From IMG/VR virus record IMGVR_UViG_2757320985_000001: 64,000 nt of DNA; one strand, given 5' to 3'. Within the stretch, counting starts at the first letter, position 1. Each line of letters begins with the position of its first letter. Source of the DNA: a virus (Duplodnaviria > Heunggongvirae > Uroviricota > Caudoviricetes > Demerecviridae). Below, in pieces: positions 52,767 through 61,014 of the stretch. The notes beneath the pieces are model-generated. The model worked only from the letters and a program-made list of their open reading frames with translations. It did not search any database and was not told the origin of the DNA. The translations under genes were made by a program, and so were the position numbers.

Positions 52767-55484
52767 GTGGAAGACTACACCTTTGCAAAGCGATTCTCTA
52801 AAGAGCATCCAGAAGGTAAACCAGCTTCCATGCCCTTCAAATTTGATGTACTTGAAGAACTTGACCCGCAAAACCTTGCTGAAATGTTACCTATCATGCG
52901 TCGTCTTACCAAAGACCCGCATATTGTAGCTATTCGTGGTAAATGTTTAGCTCCAAAAGATAATGTGCGTCGTACCAGAGGAAACTTTAATGTATCCAAT
53001 CCTAGTCATATTATTGCTATGGACGTGGATGGTATTGTAGATACTGGTGGCTATGACAAGTTTAATCTTGTTGGCATGGCACGTCATATTATCAAGATGT
53101 TAAATAGTATTAGTGAGGATATGTTTCCTCTTGATGCAGGGTTTATTGCTCATGCATCATCTTCGGCTGGCTTAAAACCAGGTATCCGAATGCACTTAAT
53201 GCTAGAATCTAATGTCAAGGTAACGCAGGGACAGTTAAAGTTCTTATTTACATCTATCAATGACAGTAGTAAGCAAAAGTATGGTTTTGATATTGCTGAC
53301 TTAGCTTATTATTCTTCTGTTCAGCTTCACTATTTCGCAGATCCCTTATTTGATGATGGTATAGTCGATCCGTTTAAAGCGGAGAATAAACCACGTCTTG
53401 TGTATGTTAAGGGTTCGAAAGTGAATCTACCCAATAACCTAGTTGACTTTGAAACAACTAGAGGTGAGTTTAAAGAAGAATTCTACTCCTTACTTGACCA
53501 AATTAAAGGCAAGAAGGCTGCATCTGATAAAGTGGAAGAAACCATCAGCGAACTAGAAGAAGCTGAGGATGGAGTGTACCTGCGTATTATTCCAAAACTT
53601 TATCACAGAGCGTTAGAAGATGGTGTTGACTTTACGTGGTTAGAACGTGAGATTAAACCAGCTTTATCTGAGTATATTGCGACTAAAGATAATAGTCGCA
53701 ATATTCAAGATTACTTTAATAACGGTCGTAAGCAGGCTCTCAAAGCCTTTGTAAATAACTCCAAACGTGAGATTCCACCAAACTTAAAAGGTGTACCATT
53801 AAAACGTCTAGACACAGATTCTCCACCAGAAGTTCCATACCTGAAAATTAACATTGTACCACCAAAAGGACATTTAACATTTGTTAAGGCAAGTCTTGGT
53901 ACAGGTAAAACCACAGCAGTAACTAAGTGGCTAGATGCAGGTGTTCTTCCAGGAAACTTTATTGCAATCACGAATACTAGGGCACTTGTATCTTCAAACG
54001 CGAAGAAATTCGGTGCTGGTCAGTATGATAAGTCAGTTGATATGCTGAACTTCAAACGTGGTGCCATTGATCGTATGTCTTCAACTATTCACTCTATCCA
54101 TAAGTTCAAGAGCTTTGTGGGTCAGATTGATACGATCTTTATTGATGAATGTGACGCAGTAATGAATGATCTGTTATTCGCTCCGGTTGTTAAAAACCGT
54201 CGTGAATGTATACAGGTCCTTCGCGATATTCTTATTACTGCTAAAACGGTGATCTTATCTGATGGTGATATCAGTGCAGAAACGATTGAAGCCTATGGTT
54301 CTTTGATTGATTTTGATAAACCAGTTGCATTCTATAATCATCACCGTAAAATGCTGGCGAAAGCTCACGCTTATGAATTCCCTGACGAATCCAGTATTTG
54401 GGTTGCACTTCAAACATCTCTAGAGATGGGTGAGAAGTCAATCCTAGTATCTGACTGTGGACCGGATGAACTGAATGAAAAAGGAATGGCATTACGTCGT
54501 AATACTGGTGCGTTAGTTAAAGAAATTCACTCAAACTCTACGTCTGATGTAGATATCCGACGTATTCTGGATTATACAACTAATGAGCTAATTGATCAAC
54601 AGATTGATTGTTTGTTATGTAGTCCATCTGTAACGAGTGGTGTTGACTTTAACTATTTTGATAACGTATTCGTAATCACTAGAACCTCAAACCAAGCGCC
54701 AAACATGCGTTTCCAAGCAATCAGGCGCGACCGTGGTGCTCGGAACATTTATTATTTTATTGATAAATCTACGAGTGGATTTTCTGCGGGTTCCGAGCAA
54801 TATAATATTGATGAGGGTTGGGTTGAGTTAGCTCAGCAGCTGTATGCACGTCGTCGTGAACTGGAGTCCAGAAACTATACTAGTACTTTGCGTTATTATC
54901 TGCTTGATCAGGGTGCAACTATTGATATTTTCAGTGAAAGCTGGGGAACTATCGAAGGTGCAGGCAAAGAGTATACAGAAGAGCGAATCAAAGCTATTTT
55001 GCACTCAACTCCTGAATATTGCGCACCACGTCATGCAGATGCCTATGAAGCTAAATTGCTTCTGGTTCGCTATTATCACCTGGATTCTATTAAAGATGTA
55101 ACAGTGGAACACGTTGAACAATATATCAAAGATAAACCGAACGATAGAGCTGCATTTTTCCACAAGATGCACGATATGTTCTGGGAAGATATTAAGAAGT
55201 GTTCAAATGTAACAATCAAACCGTTTATCGAAGCTCTTAAGAATAAGAAGAAGGATTTCTTCCTTAAAACAGGTCAGAGTGCTAACCCAAAATATGCTCG
55301 TATGTACCTCGGCATGATGGGTATTGGTAAAGATCTGGATACGGAAAAGATTGTGGACTGGTACAGAACTTACTGTAAGATCGAATGTATGCCGATTCCA
55401 GTTAAGTTTATGACAGATGAAGAACGTCAGATGCATGAGGAAGCTCTTGCTGAATTGGGGGCTAGAAATGACAGCGAAGAATAA
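52767..55484 (+). CDS. putative replication protein: N-terminal primase-polymerase-like domain fused to a P-loop NTPase/helicase
   Basis: hIIAMDVDG (DxD-type), then Walker A SLGTGKTTAV and Walker B IFIDECDA. GTG start at 52767; an ATG near 52830 is possible. Confidence 0.5.
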   Translation: MEDYTFAKRFSKEHPEGKPASMPFKFDVLEELDPQNLAEMLPIMRRLTKDPHIVAIRGKCLAPKDNVRRTRGNFNVSNPSHIIAMDVDGIVDTGGYDKFNLVGMARHIIKMLNSISEDMFPLDAGFIAHASSSAGLKPGIRMHLMLESNVKVTQGQLKFLFTSINDSSKQKYGFDIADLAYYSSVQLHYFADPLFDDGIVDPFKAENKPRLVYVKGSKVNLPNNLVDFETTRGEFKEEFYSLLDQIKGKKAASDKVEETISELEEAEDGVYLRIIPKLYHRALEDGVDFTWLEREIKPALSEYIATKDNSRNIQDYFNNGRKQALKAFVNNSKREIPPNLKGVPLKRLDTDSPPEVPYLKINIVPPKGHLTFVKASLGTGKTTAVTKWLDAGVLPGNFIAITNTRALVSSNAKKFGAGQYDKSVDMLNFKRGAIDRMSSTIHSIHKFKSFVGQIDTIFIDECDAVMNDLLFAPVVKNRRECIQVLRDILITAKTVILSDGDISAETIEAYGSLIDFDKPVAFYNHHRKMLAKAHAYEFPDESSIWVALQTSLEMGEKSILVSDCGPDELNEKGMALRRNTGALVKEIHSNSTSDVDIRRILDYTTNELIDQQIDCLLCSPSVTSGVDFNYFDNVFVITRTSNQAPNMRFQAIRRDRGARNIYYFIDKSTSGFSAGSEQYNIDEGWVELAQQLYARRRELESRNYTSTLRYYLLDQGATIDIFSESWGTIEGAGKEYTEERIKAILHSTPEYCAPRHADAYEAKLLLVRYYHLDSIKDVTVEHVEQYIKDKPNDRAAFFHKMHDMFWEDIKKCSNVTIKPFIEALKNKKKDFFLKTGQSANPKYARMYLGMMGIGKDLDTEKIVDWYRTYCKIECMPIPVKFMTDEERQMHEEALAELGARNDSEE

Positions 55485-55701
55485 AAAGTGGGAAACAAGG
55501 AAGTTTCCCGTAAAAGAACGCAAAACTTATGTTTACGATACCGCGGAGAAACTATGTAGGGTTGTACCACCTCGTCTCGCTGGCATCCCTAACGTCTCCA
55601 TATGGTTACTTAAACAACGGAAGACTCGTGTGTCTCTTCGCATTGGCTTTGAGTTAGATAAAGTCTATGCTGAACTTGCTTCTTTGCTCAAAGAATCATA
55701 A
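55470..55701 (+). CDS. hypothetical basic protein, 77 aa
   Basis: GGGGG RBS before the ATG at 55470 inside ORF 55417-55701. Confidence 0.4.
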
Positions 55702-55769
55702 AAATTTATTTGCTTTCAGGAAAAATTTTCTGTATAATAGATTCATAAATTTGAGAGAGGAGTTTAAAT
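55696..55769 (+). promoter_or_regulatory. T5 PN25-type early promoter (TTGCTT-17-TGTATAAT, leader ATAAATTTGAGAGAGGAG)
   Basis: AAAAATTTATTTGCTTTCAGGAAAAATTTTCTGTATAATAGATTCATAAATTTGAGAGAGGAGTT matches the published T5 PN25 sequence as I recall it. Confidence 0.8.
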
Positions 55770-56474
55770 ATGGCTGGTTCTCGTAGAAAGAAACTTATCC
55801 ATGAAATCCCTGATGAAACCTTTAAAAAGGTTATTGAACATCTGGAGAATGGTGGTACTAAGAAAGCAGCATGTGAAATGCTCGGTGTTTCTTCTAACCC
55901 AACTATGGAACGAATGATCGAAGAATGGAGAGATCGTCAGGTTCAGGTTGCGGAAATGAAAAAGAAGAAGCGCGGAACACTGATTGAAGGTGTTGAGCTT
56001 GCAAACGTAATTGAACAGTATCTTTCTGGTGATTCTTTTGAAGAAATTGCTGATCGTAACTATCGTTCTGTAGCGATGATTAAATCTGTTCTGGAACGTT
56101 ATGGTGCTCTGCTTCGTTTAAACGATATTGTTGATCCATTGAATCCTCCGTTGATTCCTGATGATGCAATGGCAGAAGAATTTGAAGTTGGTGAACTTGT
56201 TTGGGTTCCTGGCTATCAGTGTATTGGTGAAATCAAGAAAGCAATGACTAACCCAGTTGGCTGCTACCGTGTTTGGTTGTTATCAGAAGGTAAACAACAG
56301 AACGTTCACTATATGCACTACGAATTAGCTTCTGTTAAACATCTGGAAAAGCTGGGAGTTGATGTTAAGGCTCTGGGCTTTAAATGGAGTCGTGAAGAAG
56401 TTATCACGTTGGTTAATGAAGCTGTTAAAGCTGCCTTGAAACTCGATAAAGAGAAAGGAAAACGCCGTGAGTAA
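55770..56474 (+). CDS. early protein with HTH motif (product of the PN25-driven gene)
   Basis: 234 aa. TKKAACEMLGVS helix-turn-helix-like segment. Confidence 0.6.
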   Translation: MAGSRRKKLIHEIPDETFKKVIEHLENGGTKKAACEMLGVSSNPTMERMIEEWRDRQVQVAEMKKKKRGTLIEGVELANVIEQYLSGDSFEEIADRNYRSVAMIKSVLERYGALLRLNDIVDPLNPPLIPDDAMAEEFEVGELVWVPGYQCIGEIKKAMTNPVGCYRVWLLSEGKQQNVHYMHYELASVKHLEKLGVDVKALGFKWSREEVITLVNEAVKAALKLDKEKGKRRE

Positions 56475-56730
56475 ACTAACTGATCTGTTAAAAGCTGGAG
56501 ACGTAAAATATCTCCAGCGAGATAGTTGGGTTAACTGGGATGTTCGTAGCTGCTACTCTACCATTATAAAGGTAGATGTTGATAATAATGATATTATCGA
56601 ATTTACTTGGTGGCCTGATGTAGATGGGTATACTAATCTCTCTTTTGAGAAAGCATCGTGGAAAACCACTGAGCTGACTCTAGAAGAAGCTCTGGCCGAC
56701 GATTGGGAGATCGTTGAACTAGATGTGTAG
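56467..56730 (+). CDS. hypothetical protein, 87 aa
   Basis: Start overlaps the upstream stop. Confidence 0.5.
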   Translation: MSKLTDLLKAGDVKYLQRDSWVNWDVRSCYSTIIKVDVDNNDIIEFTWWPDVDGYTNLSFEKASWKTTELTLEEALADDWEIVELDV

Positions 56731-56837
56731 CAGTTACTGAAAAATTTCAGTTGCTTAATCCTGTAATTCTTGATATAATATTCTCATAGTTTGAAAGAAC
56801 TATTCTGTTTAATTCTTAATTAAGGAAATCGAAAAAT

Positions 56838-57248
56838 ATGACTACTCCAACTCAGTGGACTGATGAACTGTTCGAAAAAATGTCTTCCGACTACGTTGCT
56901 CGTATGGAGCAATTCCCAGAAGATGAGCGTCCGGGCGTTAGCATGGAAATTGTTAGCGAAATTGCTCAGGAAAATGGTGTAACTCCGAACGGTTTTCGTA
57001 TGAAGCTGACCAAAGCAGGTCTGTATATCAAGAAAGCTGCTGGCTCTACTTCTAAATCAAGCGCATCTACTGGAGAAAAAGCTTCTGGTGGTTCTCGTAC
57101 TTCCAAAGCTCAGGCTCACTCCGATCTTCGCTCTGCATTCTCTGATGCTGGCTTAGCACCGGACTTCCTGGACGACGCAATCATCGACAAGCTGACCGGT
57201 AAAGCAGCTGCTCATCTAGCAGAAGCTGTCCGAGCTATCACTAAGTAA
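56838..57248 (+). CDS. hypothetical Ser/Ala-rich protein, 136 aa (host-like codons)
   Basis: Strong RBS. Low-complexity middle. Confidence 0.55.
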   Translation: MTTPTQWTDELFEKMSSDYVARMEQFPEDERPGVSMEIVSEIAQENGVTPNGFRMKLTKAGLYIKKAAGSTSKSSASTGEKASGGSRTSKAQAHSDLRSAFSDAGLAPDFLDDAIIDKLTGKAAAHLAEAVRAITK

Positions 57249-57284
57249 TTCTTAGATAAATCCACCAACACAAGGAATACAGTT

Positions 57285-57581
57285 ATGAATAAAGCTGAAA
57301 TTATTGCTCAATGCGAAAAATTTGGTGAGTTTTATCTTCATTACGAAAAACTTCGTCAGAAAGGAACCACGTACCTTCAGGGTACGATGGAATTTGATCC
57401 AGCTCAGGATAAATACCTGGCTGAGCGTATTAAACGTGAGCGCATCCGTAAGCCGAAAGAAGATGAAATCCTCGTTTTCTCTCGTACTAACGATAGCTTC
57501 CGTTTCATTCCTGTTGCGAAAGTTCGCCGTGTGACGAGCCTCCAGTCAGAGTTAGATCGTGCTTCTCCAGTAGGCCGATAA
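57285..57581 (+). CDS. hypothetical protein, 98 aa
   Basis: Followed by a terminator at about 57585-57612. Confidence 0.5.
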   Translation: MNKAEIIAQCEKFGEFYLHYEKLRQKGTTYLQGTMEFDPAQDKYLAERIKRERIRKPKEDEILVFSRTNDSFRFIPVAKVRRVTSLQSELDRASPVGR

Positions 57582-57631
57582 GAAACCAATTAGCCCCTAT
57601 ATGGGGCTTTTTGTGTATTTGGGATATGTAA

Positions 57632-57940
57632 ATGAGCGATCAGGTAAATCAAAACTATGAAGGACACGTTGACGACCAGTCCATCATGCTTTGGGAGAAG
57701 GAGGGAGAACAAGTAAGACTAACCGTATCTGAATTTCGTGGGAATCTATACATGGGAATTCGTTACTGGCTCCAAGATATTACTGGAGAGTGGTTTCCAA
57801 CGAAATCCGGCTTCTCTTTTCCTTATACCCTAGAAACTACATCACAGCTATTTTACGCTTTTACGCAAATCCTCAGTGAATCCGAGGTCTTGCATGAAGT
57901 ACAGAAACGAGCTGAAGAACTCAAAGCCAAGAATGCCTAG
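57632..57940 (+). CDS. hypothetical protein, 102 aa
   Basis: Followed by a terminator at about 57918-57952. Confidence 0.5.
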   Translation: MSDQVNQNYEGHVDDQSIMLWEKEGEQVRLTVSEFRGNLYMGIRYWLQDITGEWFPTKSGFSFPYTLETTSQLFYAFTQILSESEVLHEVQKRAEELKAKNA

Positions 57941-58007
57941 TTCTTGGCTTTTTCTTTATAAATGTACTTGCTTTCGACTCAGTTTTCATATATAATATTT
58001 ATATAAA

Positions 58008-58226
58008 TTGATGAGAGGATCAATTATGGCAATGACAATAACACTTCCAAAGATTCAAGCAAAACTTAATTTACTCTCCGTAGCAAGAATCAATTACCAA
58101 GATAGTATCGGCACTCCAAACCAGAAAGCGTACAAAGATGCGTGGTTGAAAGAAGCTGCTGATTTAGCTGGTATGGCTGCTCAGTATAACAAAGAACTCA
58201 AAATGGAAATCGCAGACGATGAATAA
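58008..58226 (+). CDS. hypothetical protein, 72 aa
   Basis: Promoter cassette at about 57960-58010. Overlaps the ligA start. Confidence 0.45.
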   Translation: MMRGSIMAMTITLPKIQAKLNLLSVARINYQDSIGTPNQKAYKDAWLKEAADLAGMAAQYNKELKMEIADDE

Positions 58227-59190
58227 TGTAAAAGACTTTATCAAACGTTGTCAAGAAGCGTACTACCAGGGAATGAGTCTTATTTCCGATGAAGAATATG
58301 ATCGTCTGATTAAAAGATTCCCGCTAGAGGAAGAAATCGGACCGAAAGGTGATATCCCTCATTTGTATCGTATGTATTCTTTGCAGAAAGTCTATTACGG
58401 TCGTGGTGATAAAGCTCCGTTCAATCCACTTGGTCAGGTTGAAACTGATAAGTTAGATGGTTGTGCGATTTCCCTATTATATATTAATGGTGAGTTTGTT
58501 CAAGCATTAACTCGTGGTAACGGTATTCTAGGGAATGATGTAACGCATAATGTTAAAATGCTGAACATCCCTAAAACTATTTCCCAAAAAGTTCCAACTC
58601 AAATCACTGGTGAAGTTCTCATTACTAAAGAAGTAGAGAACAAACGTAACTACGCTTCGGGTGCTATTAACCTGAAAGACAGCGATGATTTCATGCAACG
58701 TATTGGTGAAGGTGGTTTAATCTTCGTTGCATATGGTATCCAGTGTTCAGCGGAAACAGTCGGTATTACAGAAGCCTATTTAAAAGATATGCTTTGGCTA
58801 GAGAATGAGAACTTCTTGACAGTTGTTAATGTTCGTTCCTTCTTTAAGTGGATTCCGACGGATGGTAAAGTTGTTCGTATTAATGATAACAACAAATTCT
58901 TCCGTGAAGGTTGGACTAATAAATTTCCTCGTGGTGCATTTGCTATTAAAGAGGATGAAGAAGGCGAAATTACCACACTTGTTAAAGTTGAATGGCAAGT
59001 AGGGGCTTCTGGTAAAGTAACTCCAGTTGGTTATTTCGAACCGGTGATTATTGATGATGCCACAATCGTTAAAGCAACTCTTAATAACGTTGATTATATT
59101 AACGCTCTCGATTTAGAGATCGGTTGCCAGATTCGAGTGATTCGTGCTGGTGGTGTAATCCCTTGTATAGTAGAGCGAGTATACGACTAA
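58219..59190 (+). CDS. ligA: NAD-dependent DNA ligase, subunit A (adenylation + OB domains)
   Basis: LigA Ia/adenylation domain with the K-x-D-G lysine motif (KLDGCA) and OB fold. Stops before the Zn finger. Confidence 0.8.
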   Translation: MNNVKDFIKRCQEAYYQGMSLISDEEYDRLIKRFPLEEEIGPKGDIPHLYRMYSLQKVYYGRGDKAPFNPLGQVETDKLDGCAISLLYINGEFVQALTRGNGILGNDVTHNVKMLNIPKTISQKVPTQITGEVLITKEVENKRNYASGAINLKDSDDFMQRIGEGGLIFVAYGIQCSAETVGITEAYLKDMLWLENENFLTVVNVRSFFKWIPTDGKVVRINDNNKFFREGWTNKFPRGAFAIKEDEEGEITTLVKVEWQVGASGKVTPVGYFEPVIIDDATIVKATLNNVDYINALDLEIGCQIRVIRAGGVIPCIVERVYD

Positions 59191-59240
59191 TTCGTAACCC
59201 TTTGCTACCCGTTTACCATGTCGGAATTATAAAGTGGTTA

Positions 59241-59269
59241 TTGACATTTTCGCCGCTTAGGTATATACT
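59241..59269 (+). promoter_or_regulatory. sigma70-consensus promoter TTGACA-17-TATACT inside the ligase split
   Basis: TTGACAttttcgccgcttaggtaTATACT. The -35 context is shared with the 29673 promoter. Confidence 0.5.
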
Positions 59270-59389
59270 ATTATCATTCAGTTGAGGGATAGAAAGTTAT
59301 GGCGAGGGTAAGCAAAGTTAGTTAAAATTGTAGTTGCTAAATGCTTAAATACTTGCTATAATATTTATATAAATTGATAAGGAAGAAAT

Positions 59390-60172
59390 TTGATGAAAAT
59401 CGAAATTCCAACACAATGCCCCTCTTGTGGTTCTAAGCTAGATCTTGTCAACGGGCAATTATTCTGTAGGAATAAGTCCAACTGTCCAGCGCAATCAAGT
59501 AAGTTAATCGAGAACTTCTGCACAAAAATGAAGTTAAAGGGCTTTGGCCCGAAAACTATTGAGAAGCTGGAGCTGACTAAGATCTCAGAACTGTTTTACC
59601 TGACCGAAGAAGATTTGGTCGGAGCTGTGGGTAGCAAGGTTGCCGCTAAATTGATTAGCGAGTTAAATACTAAGGTTCGCGGAGACACTGACTTTGGTTC
59701 AGTTCTCGGTTCTTTAGGAATTACTCTTATTGGAGAGGTTGCAGCAAAGAAACTGTCCCAAAATTGCACTAGCTTCCACGATGTGAAGGCTGACGGCAAG
59801 GCTGGAGAAAATTACAAAACCTGGCTAAATTCCCCACAAGGCAAGGATGTTATTGAATTACCATGGAAATTCTCAACAGGTATTCGAGGTGCTAAAGCAG
59901 ATATAATCATTACAGATGATTTAGTTGCCCAGCCAAATGGAATCACGGTCTGTATTACCGGATCTTTGCAAGATTTTGCAAATAGAACGGATGCAACAAA
60001 CTATTTAGAAAGTCTAGGATATACGGTTAAGAAGTCCGTTACCAAAGACGTCAAATACCTAATCTGTGAGGATGAATCAAAACGTTCTTCCTCATCTTAT
60101 AAGAAAGCCGAAACGAATGGGATAGAAATCCTGTCGATTAAAGAACTATTGGAGAAAAATAATAATGTCTAA
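59390..60172 (+). CDS. ligB: NAD-dependent DNA ligase, subunit B (Zn finger, HhH, BRCT)
   Basis: CPSCGS...C Zn finger, helix-hairpin-helix region and C-terminal BRCT-like domain. Continues the LigA architecture. Confidence 0.75.
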   Translation: MMKIEIPTQCPSCGSKLDLVNGQLFCRNKSNCPAQSSKLIENFCTKMKLKGFGPKTIEKLELTKISELFYLTEEDLVGAVGSKVAAKLISELNTKVRGDTDFGSVLGSLGITLIGEVAAKKLSQNCTSFHDVKADGKAGENYKTWLNSPQGKDVIELPWKFSTGIRGAKADIIITDDLVAQPNGITVCITGSLQDFANRTDATNYLESLGYTVKKSVTKDVKYLICEDESKRSSSSYKKAETNGIEILSIKELLEKNNNV

Positions 60173-60932
60173 ACTGAACTGGAACGTAGAAGGTGTAACC
60201 GAGTCTCTGAAAGCAAAAGCCACTGCTCTGGGTGTTGCTGTAATCTCTCAAGAACAAGTAGCTGCTATCGCTGCTGAATTGGCTGCCGAGACTGGCAAAG
60301 ACGTTACCGCTCGCTCTGTTGGCTCTAAGCTGCGTAAAGAAGGTTTCGAAGTACAGAAAGCAAACGAAGTACAGAAATCCCCGTGGACTCCTGAGCAGGA
60401 AGCTGAACTGGTTGATTTCCTGAACGCTCATGCTGGTCAGTATACTTACGCTGAAATCGCTGCTGCTGTAGCTGGTGGTCAGTTCGGTGCTAAGCAGGTA
60501 CAGGGTAAGATCCTGAGTCTGGAAATGACTGCTTCTGTTAAGCCAACCGAAAAAGCTGCTGCTGTTCGTTCCTTCACTCCTGACGAAGAAACTGATTTCG
60601 TTAATCAGGTTGTTGCTGGTGCTACTATTGAAGCTATCGCTGCTCACTTCGGTCGCAATATTAAGCAGATCCGTGGTAAAGCTCTGAGTCTGCTTCGTGA
60701 AGGTCGTATCGCTGCTATGCCGGTACAGGAAACTTCAAGTGCTAAAACTCGTGAAGATCTGTTAGAAGGTCTGGATCTGGCTAACATGACTGTTGCTGAG
60801 ATCGCCGAGAAAACTGGTAAGTCTGAGCGCGGTGTTAAATCTATGCTGTCTCGTCGTGGTCTGGTTGCTAAGGACTATGATGGTGCCGCTAAGCGTGCTA
60901 AACTGGATGCAAAAGCTGCGGCTGCTGAATAA
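60165..60932 (+). CDS. Ala/Glu-rich abundant-type protein, 255 aa (possible DNA-binding early protein)
   Basis: Host-like codon usage. Internal repeat (EAIAAHFG... / AEIAAAVAGG...). Confidence 0.5.
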   Translation: MSKLNWNVEGVTESLKAKATALGVAVISQEQVAAIAAELAAETGKDVTARSVGSKLRKEGFEVQKANEVQKSPWTPEQEAELVDFLNAHAGQYTYAEIAAAVAGGQFGAKQVQGKILSLEMTASVKPTEKAAAVRSFTPDEETDFVNQVVAGATIEAIAAHFGRNIKQIRGKALSLLREGRIAAMPVQETSSAKTREDLLEGLDLANMTVAEIAEKTGKSERGVKSMLSRRGLVAKDYDGAAKRAKLDAKAAAAE

Positions 60933-60937
60933 TCTGG

Positions 60938-60985
60938 TAAATTAAACCTAAGGGGAGGGGGCTATGCTCCTTCCCCTTTTTGCAT
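60938..60985 (+). terminator. rho-independent terminator (AAGGGGAGGGGGCTATGCTCCTTCCCCTT then TTTT)
   Basis: Seen directly. Confidence 0.6.
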
Positions 60986-61014
60986 TTAGAAGGCACGAAA
61001 GCGTGCAAAGGAGA

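Noticed and set aside
52573-52999. ORF 52573-52929 (+) and 52775-52999 (-) in the leader/start of the 905-aa gene
   Set aside because: No RBS or promoter context. They overlap the much longer, motif-bearing ORF.
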